Part shown: positions 28,528-37,831 of the stretch, piece by piece
Layout: every line of letters begins with the position of its first letter
How positions within the stretch are numbered: position 1 is the first letter of the stretch
DNA from: an uncultured Bacteroidales bacterium
GTDB taxonomy: Bacteria; Bacteroidota; Bacteroidia; Bacteroidales; DTU049
NCBI GenBank assembly: GCA_964551645.1
Contig: CAZKDV010000001.1
Span: forward strand, 17,065 to 81,064
Direction of reading: 5' to 3'
Length of the DNA: 64,000 nt
Made by a program: the position numbers and the translations under genes
Notes under the pieces: model-generated
Database searches by the model: none
What the model was told of the DNA's origin: nothing
The model's input: only the letters and a program-made list of their open reading frames with translations

Positions 28528-29160
28528 ATGATTAAAACTTTTATTTTAAATCCGTTTCAAGTAAACACCTATATTGTTTCAGATAAGAATAAAAACTCTA
28601 TCATTATTGATCCTGCATGTTATGGCAAAGAAGAAGAAAAATTAATTTCAGATTATATTGATACAAATTCCTTATCAATAAAGCACATTGTTTTAACTCA
28701 TGCACACATTGACCACATACTCGGAGCTAATTTTATTCAAAACAGATATAAACCTGAACTTATTGCTCACAAGGAATCTGAGCTTTTTATCAATCAAGCA
28801 AGTGATTATGGAATGAATTTCGGATTTACCAATGTTGTGCCTCCAAGTATAACAAAATATATCAATGACGGAGATATTATACAATGTGGAGAAATGTCTT
28901 TTCAGGTATTATATACGCCCGGACACGCCAATGGAAGTATTTGCTTATATAGCAACAAATCTCAAATAGTATTTACAGGAGATGTTTTATTCAACGGAAG
29001 TATTGGCAGAACCGATTTGCCAACAGGCAATTACAATATGCTTATTGATAATATTCAAACTAAAATATTTACACTCCCCGATAATACTACTGTCTATTCT
29101 GGACATGGACCTTCTACTTCAATTTTGCAAGAAAAAACACACAATCCTTTTTTCAACTAA
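28528..29160 (+). CDS. MBL-fold metallo-hydrolase (glyoxalase II-like)
   Basis: THAHIDH (HxHxDH) and TPGHANGS motifs; 210 aa. Confidence 0.85.
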   Translation: MIKTFILNPFQVNTYIVSDKNKNSIIIDPACYGKEEEKLISDYIDTNSLSIKHIVLTHAHIDHILGANFIQNRYKPELIAHKESELFINQASDYGMNFGFTNVVPPSITKYINDGDIIQCGEMSFQVLYTPGHANGSICLYSNKSQIVFTGDVLFNGSIGRTDLPTGNYNMLIDNIQTKIFTLPDNTTVYSGHGPSTSILQEKTHNPFFN

Positions 29161-29186
29161 TCAATTTTTTTTACAACCCACATTTA

Positions 29187-30515
29187 TTATTTTACAATAC
29201 TGCCTTGCAAAGTGGCACTACTACATTTTTCAATTTTAACTAAAACCTTATCTCCAATATTTGAAACACCTTGAACAGAAGGAAACACTACAACTTTATT
29301 ATGCGAAGTACGCCCCATCATTTTTGAAATATCGCGTTTTGACTGTGATTCTATTAAAACTTCATAAATTTTATTTATATCATTTTTATTATGTTGCAGA
29401 GATAACGATTGTTGGAGTGAAATAATTTCTTCAAGTCGCGATGATTTTACTTCTTCAGGAACATCATCAACAAATCGCTTTGCCGCAGTTGTACCGCTCC
29501 TTTCGCTATACTTAAACATAAAAGCATAAAAATAACCAACTTCTTGCATAATTTCAAGTGTTTGATTATGATCCTCGTCTGTTTCTCCACAAAAGCCAAC
29601 AATAATATCAGTTGAAATACTACATTCAGGAATAATGGTTTTAATTGCTTCTATCCTACTCATATACCATTCTCGTGTATATTTTCTATTCATTTTCTGC
29701 AAAACATTATTACTTCCTGATTGCAGTGGTAAATGTATTGATTTACAAATATTTTCATGATTTGCAATTACATGGAGCAAATCATCAGAAATGTCTTTTG
29801 GATGGCTAGTTGCAAATCGAAATCGCGTTATTGGATATTTTGAAGCAAGCATATCAAGAAGGTCAAAAAACAAAATTGTTTTGCCATCAGCAACATATTT
29901 ATACGAATTAACATTTTGACCAAGTAAAGTTATTTCTTTTATATTTCCATCAATTTGCATATCCACTTCTTGTATTATTGATTCAGCCGACCTACTTCTC
30001 TCTTTTCCTCTGGTATAAGGCACTACACAATACGAACAAAAATTTTCACAACCTCGCATAATTGGGACAAAAGACGAAATTCCTTGTGTTATTAATTTTT
30101 GAGGAAAAATATCATCATAAGTTTCAGAATTAGATAGTAAAATATCTGTTATATTCTGAAATTCTGATTTTTCAATAATATTTACAATATTTCTATACGA
30201 ATCAGGACCGACAAGAAATTGAATTTGCTTTCCATCTTTATATAAAGACTCTCCAAGCCTCTCCGCCATACACCCAATAATTCCTATTCTCAATGAAGGC
30301 TGCTTTTTTCGTAAATGTTGCAACTCTTTAACTCGTTTTATAATTCTCTGCTCAGCATTATCCCTAATTGAACAGGTGTTAAGCATAATTATATTCGCCT
30401 CGGCAACATTTTGAATAATGGAATAATTATTTTGTTGCAAAATACTTGCAACAATTTCACTATCTGCAATATTCATTTGGCAACCATAAGTTTCAATATA
30501 TACTTTGTTTGACAT
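29187..30515 (-). CDS. miaB: tRNA-2-methylthio-N6-dimethylallyladenosine synthase
   Basis: N-terminal MSNKVYIETYGCQMN, radical-SAM CENFCSYC and a C-terminal TRAM domain. The ATG at 30515 is used because the track start at 30548 is TTG upstream of the -7 box. Confidence 0.93.
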   Translation of the reverse strand: MSNKVYIETYGCQMNIADSEIVASILQQNNYSIIQNVAEANIIMLNTCSIRDNAEQRIIKRVKELQHLRKKQPSLRIGIIGCMAERLGESLYKDGKQIQFLVGPDSYRNIVNIIEKSEFQNITDILLSNSETYDDIFPQKLITQGISSFVPIMRGCENFCSYCVVPYTRGKERSRSAESIIQEVDMQIDGNIKEITLLGQNVNSYKYVADGKTILFFDLLDMLASKYPITRFRFATSHPKDISDDLLHVIANHENICKSIHLPLQSGSNNVLQKMNRKYTREWYMSRIEAIKTIIPECSISTDIIVGFCGETDEDHNQTLEIMQEVGYFYAFMFKYSERSGTTAAKRFVDDVPEEVKSSRLEEIISLQQSLSLQHNKNDINKIYEVLIESQSKRDISKMMGRTSHNKVVVFPSVQGVSNIGDKVLVKIEKCSSATLQGSIVK

Positions 30516-30530
30516 ATTTAAAATTTGTTG

Positions 30531-30538
30531 CAAAAATA
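30531..30538 (-). promoter_or_regulatory. -7 promoter box TATTTTTG for miaB
   Basis: The plus-strand caaaaata is the reverse complement of TAnnTTTG, 16 nt upstream of the ATG at 30515. Confidence 0.45.
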
Positions 30539-30612
30539 CGAATATCAAGCTAAAACAAATGTAAAACGAAGATGATAAAAAAGAAAAATTGCTTGTTTAA
30601 TTTGAAATACCT

Positions 30613-30620
30613 TAATTTTG
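30613..30620 (+). promoter_or_regulatory. -7 promoter box TAATTTTG for topA
   Basis: Matches TAnnTTTG, 27 nt upstream of the ATG at 30647 and inside the extended track ORF. Confidence 0.45.
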
Positions 30621-30646
30621 CCAAAATTTTAAAATTGAAAATTACG

Positions 30647-32971
30647 ATGGCAAAAAATTTAGTAATTGTAGAGTCCCCAGCCAAAGCTAGAACAATTGAA
30701 AAAATATTAGGAAAGGATTATAGTGTTAAATCTTGTAATGGACATGTTAGAGACTTATCAAAAAAAGACTTGAGTATAGATATTGATAATAGTTTCCAAC
30801 CAAAATATACAATTATTGACGAAAAAAAAACTCTCGTTAAAGAACTTTCTCAAATCGCAAAAAAGTCTGAAAAAGTATTGTTAGCAACAGATGAAGACCG
30901 CGAAGGAGAAGCAATATCATGGCATCTTGTTGAAGCATTAGAATTAGACGAAGACAAAACAGAACGCATCACATTTCATGAAATAACTAAGAAAGCAATC
31001 TTAAACTCCTTAAACCAGTCAAGAAAAATCAATTATGAATTAGTTAATGCACAGCAAGCCAGAAGAGTTTTGGATAGGTTGGTTGGATATGAGTTATCTC
31101 CATTGCTTTGGAGAAAAGTTAAACCTGCCCTTTCTGCTGGTAGAGTTCAATCTGTTGCAACTCGATTAATTGTTGATAGAGAAGAAGAAATTAATGCTCA
31201 CACTGCAAAATCAAATTTTAATATAGTTGGGCTATTCACTACAAAATCAGATAATAATTCAATTATAAAAGCCCAACTTTCACATCGTTATGATAAAAAA
31301 GAAGAAGCTGCAAAATTCTTAGAATCTTGTAAAAACACTAAGTTTCAAGTGTTAGACATTGAAACAAAACCTTTTACTAAATCTTCTTCTGCACCATTTA
31401 CTACCTCATCATTACAACAAGAAGCAAGCAGAAAACTTGGATTTTCTGTATCCAAAACCATGATTGTTGCACAACAATTGTATGAAACAGGAAAAATAAC
31501 TTACATGAGAACTGACTCTGTTAATCTTTCTGATATAGCAATAGCTCAAAGTAAAGATATTATTTCAAAATTATATGGAGAAAACTACTCAAATCCGAGA
31601 CAATTTCAAAATAAAATAAAAGGAGCTCAAGAAGCACACGAAGCAATTAGACCAACTGAAATATCAGTAGAGGATATACCTGGAACAAAAGACCAAAAAA
31701 GATTATATGAGTTAATTTGGAAACGCACCATAGCCTCTCAAATGAGTAATGCAATTTTTGACAGAACAACTATTCAGATTAATTCTCCAGAACCTAAATA
31801 CTTCTTTGTTGCAAAGGGAGAAGTCTTAAAATTTGATGGATTTTTGAAAATATATTCTGAAAACACCGATGATGAAACCACAGAAGAAGATACAAGTTTA
31901 TTGCCATTAGTGCAAGTAAACGAAGCATTAGACTATAAAGAAATAAATGCAACACAAAAATTCTCTACTCATTCTCCAAGATATACCGAAGCTGCTTTAG
32001 TTCGCAAATTGGAAGAACTCGGTATTGGTCGTCCATCTACTTATGCTCCCACAATTTCAACTATTATGAGAAGAGAGTATGTAGTGAAAGACTCTCGCGA
32101 TGGACAAGCAAGAAACTATGAAATTGTAAGGCTTGTAAAAAAGGAGATAACTGAAGAAACAAAACAAGAAATAGTTGGGAGTGAAAAAAATAAATTATTT
32201 CCTACAGATATCGGGATTTTAGTTACGCAATTCTTAAAAGAATCTTTTCCCGATATTTTAGATTATTCATTTACAGCAAAAGTAGAAAAGCAATTTGATG
32301 AAATTGCTATGGGCAAAGTTGTATGGAATGATATGATTAATTCATTTTATAAAACATTTCATCCACAAATTGAAAAAATCAGTACAGAATCAAAGAAATT
32401 TGTTGGAGAACGACTACTTGGAGTTGATCCTAAAACAAAACAAAATGTATATGCTAAGATTGGTAGATATGGACCAATAATTCAAATTGGAGAAACCGGA
32501 AGCGACACAAAACCTTTATTTGCTAGCCTACTAAAAACCCAATCAATTCATTCAATTGTTTTAGAAGAAGCTCTGCAACTATTCTCTTTTCCGTTAAACA
32601 TTGGAAAACACAATAATGAAGATGTATATGTTAATGATGGACCTTATGGGCCATATATCAAACATGCAAAAGCAAACTATAAAATACCCCAAAACATCAA
32701 CCCACTCGAATTATCTCTTGAACAAGCCATAAAAATCATAAGCAATAAAAATGATAATGTAGCAAGCAATATCCTTAAAACTTTCGATGAAGATAATGAC
32801 TTGTCCTTAAGAAAAGGAAGATGGGGAACATATATTAAGTTTAAAAACAAAAACTACAAAATTCCAAAAGGAACTGAAATTGACAGTATAACATACAAGA
32901 TTTGTATGGAAATAATTGAAGAAAGCGATAAAAATACAACACCAAGTAAACGAAATTTTAAAAAGAAATAA
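30647..32971 (+). CDS. topA: DNA topoisomerase I
   Basis: N-terminal MAKNLVIVESPAKA, Toprim TDEDREGEAI and catalytic-Tyr context ITYMRTDS. Confidence 0.95.
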   Translation: MAKNLVIVESPAKARTIEKILGKDYSVKSCNGHVRDLSKKDLSIDIDNSFQPKYTIIDEKKTLVKELSQIAKKSEKVLLATDEDREGEAISWHLVEALELDEDKTERITFHEITKKAILNSLNQSRKINYELVNAQQARRVLDRLVGYELSPLLWRKVKPALSAGRVQSVATRLIVDREEEINAHTAKSNFNIVGLFTTKSDNNSIIKAQLSHRYDKKEEAAKFLESCKNTKFQVLDIETKPFTKSSSAPFTTSSLQQEASRKLGFSVSKTMIVAQQLYETGKITYMRTDSVNLSDIAIAQSKDIISKLYGENYSNPRQFQNKIKGAQEAHEAIRPTEISVEDIPGTKDQKRLYELIWKRTIASQMSNAIFDRTTIQINSPEPKYFFVAKGEVLKFDGFLKIYSENTDDETTEEDTSLLPLVQVNEALDYKEINATQKFSTHSPRYTEAALVRKLEELGIGRPSTYAPTISTIMRREYVVKDSRDGQARNYEIVRLVKKEITEETKQEIVGSEKNKLFPTDIGILVTQFLKESFPDILDYSFTAKVEKQFDEIAMGKVVWNDMINSFYKTFHPQIEKISTESKKFVGERLLGVDPKTKQNVYAKIGRYGPIIQIGETGSDTKPLFASLLKTQSIHSIVLEEALQLFSFPLNIGKHNNEDVYVNDGPYGPYIKHAKANYKIPQNINPLELSLEQAIKIISNKNDNVASNILKTFDEDNDLSLRKGRWGTYIKFKNKNYKIPKGTEIDSITYKICMEIIEESDKNTTPSKRNFKKK

Positions 32972-32975
32972 ATTT

Positions 32976-34145
32976 ATGATAGATTGGTTTGAAATATTAG
33001 AGCCCATAACATTTGACAAACAAACTTTTGATTCTTTTTCCGAAAATTCTTTAGGAAAAACCACATTATTCAATTTACACAAAAATCAATCTTTTGAAAA
33101 TATAGGTATTGCAATAATTGGAGTGCCAGAAGAAAGAAATGCTGTTGGAAATATTGGAGTTTCTTACGCTCCTGAAACAATCAGAAAATATCTGTATAAC
33201 TTAAAAAATAAAATGCCAGATATTAAAATTGCTGATTTGGGAAATATGATTATTGGAAAAACTCCTGAAGATACATACTCTGCTGTTAGCAATATTGTAG
33301 CTGACTTAATCCAAAACGAAATATTTCCTATAATTATAGGAGGCTCTAATGATATTGCATTTGCTAATTACTTAGCATACGAAAGACTAAAACAAATTAT
33401 CAATATTGCTTCACTTGATGCTGAAATAGATATTGAAAAAAACTTCAATTCCATAAATTCAAAAAATTATTTAAATAAAATTATACTACAAAAACCCAAT
33501 TTTTTATTCAATTATACAAATATCGGATATCAAAGTTATTTTGTTGAAGAAGATATAATTACATTAATGAGAAAATTATATTTTGATGCGTATCGTCTTG
33601 GCAAAATTCGTAATGATTTTGAAACTGCCGAAGTATTAGTAAGAAATGCCAATATGCTATGCGTTGATATTAGTTGTGTTAGACAAAGTGATGCTCCTGC
33701 TTGTGAATATACTTCTCCAAATGGCTTTTATGGTGAGGAAATATGTAAAATTTTACAATATGCTGGAATGAATGATAAACTCACATCAGCAGGCTTTTAT
33801 GAAGTCAATCCTCTGAAAGATATTAATGGACAAACTGCTCATTTAACTGCACAAATGATTTGGTTTTTGATTGAAGGAATTTCGTTACGCAAAAATGATT
33901 TCCCAAAAAGAGATAGCGATGATTATGTTAAATATTATGTATTTAACAAACAATTAGATAATGAACTTATTTTTTACAAGAGCAAAAAAACAAGCAGATG
34001 GTGGATGGAAGTAGCTTTGACAGCAACAGAAACATCTGTTTTAAAAAGACATTATTTAGTTGCATGTAGCTACAAAGACTATCAAACTGCGTTAAAAGAT
34101 GAAATTCCTGATAGATTATGGCTTACATATCAAAAAATTATGTAA
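32976..34145 (+). CDS. Arginase/formimidoylglutamase-fold protein with degenerate metal-binding motifs
   Basis: It is collinear with the ureohydrolase fold: IGIAIIGVPEERN, then GGSND (33338-33352) where GGDHS is expected. DAEID (33416-33430) stands where DAHxD is expected, and VDISCVRQSDAP (33663-33698) where S.D.D..DP is expected. There is an extra ~80-aa C-terminal extension. The ATG at 32976 is 5 nt after the topA stop. Confidence 0.65.
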   Translation: MIDWFEILEPITFDKQTFDSFSENSLGKTTLFNLHKNQSFENIGIAIIGVPEERNAVGNIGVSYAPETIRKYLYNLKNKMPDIKIADLGNMIIGKTPEDTYSAVSNIVADLIQNEIFPIIIGGSNDIAFANYLAYERLKQIINIASLDAEIDIEKNFNSINSKNYLNKIILQKPNFLFNYTNIGYQSYFVEEDIITLMRKLYFDAYRLGKIRNDFETAEVLVRNANMLCVDISCVRQSDAPACEYTSPNGFYGEEICKILQYAGMNDKLTSAGFYEVNPLKDINGQTAHLTAQMIWFLIEGISLRKNDFPKRDSDDYVKYYVFNKQLDNELIFYKSKKTSRWWMEVALTATETSVLKRHYLVACSYKDYQTALKDEIPDRLWLTYQKIM

Positions 34146-34260
34146 TTTTGTTTTTTTTGATGCAAAATATGTGCAAAAAACAATATAAATTTTGTAGTGT
34201 GAAAAAATCTTCGTTACTTTATCTCCCAATTTTTAAAAAAAACTATAATTATTAAAAATT

Positions 34261-35265
34261 ATGAAAAAACAAGTATATTTTTCTCTTGTTATAACTATTG
34301 CTCTAATATCGTTGAGTTTACCATCATTTAGTCAACAAGAAGCCCAATTCAGCCACAATATGTTTAACATATTATCATATAATCCCGCATACGCCGGAAG
34401 TAACAACCAAATATGTCTAACAACTCTTGGCAGGCAACAGTGGATGGGTTTATCAGAAACTAATGAACAAGGAAATTCGGTTAATGTTGCTCCACAAACA
34501 TTCTTATTTAGTATTGACGGAAATGTAGATTTTTTAAGAGGCGGACTTGGAGCTGTTGTTTATAAAGACAAATTAGGACACGAAGACAATATAGGCTTAA
34601 AACTTGGCTATTCATACAAACATGCAATCGGACCAGGACACTTGAGCGGTGGCATTATGCTTGGATTTTTAAATAAAGTTATTGATTATTCAGCATTTAA
34701 TGCAATTAATGAAAATGACCCTTTATTAAATGGAGCTAAAGAAAGCGATATGATTTTTGACATGTCTTTTGGAGCATTTTATCGAGTTCCCGGAAGTTTT
34801 TATGCCGGAATTTCATCTTCTCAACTTTTACAATCTGAATCTACTTTCCCTGATAATTTAGGTAGTCCAAAACTAAAAAGACACTACTATATCACAGGAG
34901 GATACAATTATACATTACCGTCAATGCCTGAATTGGAATTACAACCATCAATATTGATAAAATCTGAATTTGTAACTGCTCAATTTGACATAAATTGTTT
35001 ATTATTATGGAATTCGCAAATTTGGGGAGGAGCATCATATCGCTCAACTGATGCTGTAGTGCTATTTTTAGGAGGCAAACCATTTTTAAATTCAACAATA
35101 TCATCAATGGAAGCATTATCTTTTGGTATTGCTTATGATATTACTACTTCAGCCTTGGGCGGAGCAGGAAGAAGTTTTGGTAGTGCAGAAATTATGTTAA
35201 ATTATTGCTTCGAAATTAAAATAGAGAAGCCAATTTCGAGTTATAAGAATGTAAGGTTTTTGTAA
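34261..35265 (+). CDS. porP: PorP/SprF-family type IX secretion system membrane protein
   Basis: A signal peptide is followed by QQEAQFSHNMFNILSYNPAYAGS, the family hallmark. It is beta-rich, about 334 aa, and immediately upstream of gldK as in Porphyromonas porP-porKLMN. Confidence 0.8.
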   Translation: MKKQVYFSLVITIALISLSLPSFSQQEAQFSHNMFNILSYNPAYAGSNNQICLTTLGRQQWMGLSETNEQGNSVNVAPQTFLFSIDGNVDFLRGGLGAVVYKDKLGHEDNIGLKLGYSYKHAIGPGHLSGGIMLGFLNKVIDYSAFNAINENDPLLNGAKESDMIFDMSFGAFYRVPGSFYAGISSSQLLQSESTFPDNLGSPKLKRHYYITGGYNYTLPSMPELELQPSILIKSEFVTAQFDINCLLLWNSQIWGGASYRSTDAVVLFLGGKPFLNSTISSMEALSFGIAYDITTSALGGAGRSFGSAEIMLNYCFEIKIEKPISSYKNVRFL

Positions 35266-35323
35266 AAGCAATGTAACCTTTCAAAAAAAGTGTCGTAAAA
35301 GTTAAATAGTTAAAATTACAACC

Positions 35324-36712
35324 ATGAAAATATACGTCTTGCTGAAAACAAAAAAAACTCTTAGTTTACTAATGTTTCTTGCAATCATAATTGCAGGATG
35401 TAGTAAAGCTGATAGAGGCTACCTTGTAGGTGTTCAAGATCGTCCTTCTTGGTATCAACCAGATCCATTCGGAATGATTTTTATTCCTCAAGGAAGTTAC
35501 AATATGGGACAAAACGACCAAGATGTACCATATAGCCATATTGCTCAATCAAAAACAGTAACTGTTACATCGTTTTATATGGATGAAACAGAAATTACAA
35601 ACAATGAATACAGACAGTTTGTTTACTGGGTAAGAGATTCAATTGCTCGACGAATACTTGGAGATGTTAATGAAGAATATCTTATCATGGAAGATAAGTA
35701 TGGCGAATTTTATGATCCTCCTTTTTTGAATTGGAAAAAGAAAATTCGTTGGGACGGAGAAGAAGAAAGAGAAGCTCTTGCAGAACTATATCTTCAAGAA
35801 CATGAACGCTTTTATCGAAGAAAAGAATTAGATGTTAGAAAACTTAACTATGAATATTGGTGGGTTGACTATCAAGCTGCTGCTAAAAAAGATATGAAAA
35901 ACCCTGTTAGCGACCTAAACACTAATCCAGCTTCTATGTGGACAAACAGACAACAAAGTTGGACTGACAGATCTGTATATGTAAAAAAAGACATTATAAA
36001 TATATATCCCGATACTCTTTGTTGGATACATGACTTTACATATTCATATAATGAACCAATGGCAAAGAGTTATTTCTCCCATCCAGCTTATGACCACTAT
36101 CCTGTTGTTGGAGTAAATTGGAAACAAGCAAGAGCTTTCACTATTTGGAGAACTAATTATTTAAATAATTATCTACAAGGAAAATTAGGACAATGGCCTG
36201 TTAATGATTTCAGACTTCCAACAGAATCTGAATGGGAATGGGCTGCAAGAGGTGGACTTGATTTAAGCCCATATCCATGGGGCGGTCCTTATATTAGAAA
36301 TAGCAATGGTTGTTTTTTAGGCAATTATAAACCCTTAAGAGGAAATTACTCAGATGACGGAGGCGTTTATCCCGTTGTTGTTGCACACTATGCTCCTAAT
36401 GATTTTGGACTATATGATATGGCAGGCAATGTTGCTGAATGGAATATTGACGCATACGACCCATCATTATATAACTTTGCACACGACATGAATCAAGTAT
36501 ATCAATATGAAGCAAAAGATACTGACCCTCCTGCTTTAAAAAGAAAAGTTATTCGCGGTGGATCATGGAAAGATTTTGGATATTTCATGCAAGTTAGTAC
36601 TCGCTCATTTGAATATCAAGATACAGGGAAAAGCTATGTCGGCTTCAGAAATGTTCAATCTTACTTGGGAAGAATGAAAGGAGATGGACCAAACTCTTCA
36701 AATGTATATTAA
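35324..36712 (+). CDS. gldK: T9SS/gliding lipoprotein GldK (PorK), SUMF1/FGE-fold
   Basis: Lipobox IIIAGCSK, then PFGMIFIPQGSYNMG and FYMDETEITNNEYRQFVYWV. The C-terminus RGGSW...GFR is the FGE-sulfatase fold signature. Confidence 0.93.
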   Translation: MKIYVLLKTKKTLSLLMFLAIIIAGCSKADRGYLVGVQDRPSWYQPDPFGMIFIPQGSYNMGQNDQDVPYSHIAQSKTVTVTSFYMDETEITNNEYRQFVYWVRDSIARRILGDVNEEYLIMEDKYGEFYDPPFLNWKKKIRWDGEEEREALAELYLQEHERFYRRKELDVRKLNYEYWWVDYQAAAKKDMKNPVSDLNTNPASMWTNRQQSWTDRSVYVKKDIINIYPDTLCWIHDFTYSYNEPMAKSYFSHPAYDHYPVVGVNWKQARAFTIWRTNYLNNYLQGKLGQWPVNDFRLPTESEWEWAARGGLDLSPYPWGGPYIRNSNGCFLGNYKPLRGNYSDDGGVYPVVVAHYAPNDFGLYDMAGNVAEWNIDAYDPSLYNFAHDMNQVYQYEAKDTDPPALKRKVIRGGSWKDFGYFMQVSTRSFEYQDTGKSYVGFRNVQSYLGRMKGDGPNSSNVY

Positions 36713-36758
36713 AAATTAATAATCTTAACATAATAACTAATTCTTAAAATAATAATTT

Positions 36759-37817
36759 ATGGGACTAAAAAATATCGTAGAAAGTAAAGCTTACAAAAAC
36801 TTTATGGCTAAATTGTACGGATGGGGTGCTTCTATTGTAATTGTTGGAGCACTTTTCAAAATTCAACACTATCCTGGTGCAGGTTTAATGCTTGGACTTG
36901 GACTTGGGACTGAAGCACTTATATTTTTCATGTCTGCGTTTGAACCACAACACATTGAACCTGATTGGAGTTTAGTCTATCCTGAATTATGGGGATTATA
37001 TCATGAAAACGAACCACATCCTGATGGATTTGATATTATTACTTCCGCAGATAATGGTAAAAAATTAAGCACAACACAAGAATTAGACAAGATGTTAGAG
37101 GAGGCAAAGATCGGTCCAGAACTCATTGCAAGCTTAGGTGAAGGAATGCGTAACCTAAGCGAAAATGCTTTAAAATTATCTGGTGTTTCATCTGCAGCCG
37201 GCGCTACTGACGCATTTGTATCAAATTTATCAAAAGCTTCTGATAGTGTTGAAAAATTGAATAACATTTATGATAAAACCAGCGAATCATTAACACAAAA
37301 TGTTGGCGTAAATGAAGAATTAGCAAACTCAATGAAAGGTGTTATCAATTCTGCAAATAAAACTTCAGAAAGCTTTAATACATTTGCTAATACTGTACAA
37401 CAAGAAATTGGAGCCAATGAAGAATATGTAAATAGCCTTAAACTTGCTACTGAAAGTGCACAAAATCTTGCAAATCAATACACAAATTCTGCTGCAAACT
37501 TAACAAAAGCAACAGAAGCAATTGATTTCTCAGAAATTGATGGAAAATCATACGGAGAACAAATTCAAAAGGTTACAAAAAATCTTTCTGCTTTAAATGC
37601 TGTGTACGAATTACAATTACAAAACACTAACGAACAATTAGAAAAAACTCAACAAATGCAAAAATCTGTTGGTGATTTTGTAAATAACATCAATGAAACA
37701 TCAGAAAGTGTTCAAAAATATAAAGAACAAGCTGAAGCATTGGCAAAAAATTTATCCGCATTAAATTCTGTTTACGGCAATATGCTGTCTGCAATGAATA
37801 TGAATATTAACAAATAA
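36759..37817 (+). CDS. gldL: T9SS/gliding motor protein GldL (PorL)
   Basis: The N-terminus YGWGASIVIVGALFKIQH ... GTEALIFFMSAFEP ... DWSLVYPEL and the C-terminus LSALNSVYGNMLSAMN match GldL. The middle is a long N/S/A/E-rich coiled-coil-like region. Confidence 0.9.
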   Translation: MGLKNIVESKAYKNFMAKLYGWGASIVIVGALFKIQHYPGAGLMLGLGLGTEALIFFMSAFEPQHIEPDWSLVYPELWGLYHENEPHPDGFDIITSADNGKKLSTTQELDKMLEEAKIGPELIASLGEGMRNLSENALKLSGVSSAAGATDAFVSNLSKASDSVEKLNNIYDKTSESLTQNVGVNEELANSMKGVINSANKTSESFNTFANTVQQEIGANEEYVNSLKLATESAQNLANQYTNSAANLTKATEAIDFSEIDGKSYGEQIQKVTKNLSALNAVYELQLQNTNEQLEKTQQMQKSVGDFVNNINETSESVQKYKEQAEALAKNLSALNSVYGNMLSAMNMNINK

Positions 37818-37831
37818 AAAGAGAAAACTGT

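Noticed and set aside
30572-30646. N-terminal extensions in the ORF track (topA 30572, arginase-like 32916, miaB 30548, uvrA 20361, ung 8394, BNR cargo 7289, barrel-like 8144, ligase-like 14420, cargo 52486, kinase 59509).
   Set aside because: These extensions begin with TTG rendered as M. They run through -7 promoter boxes or the preceding gene. They also precede ATG/GTG codons that give canonical N-termini or signal peptides.
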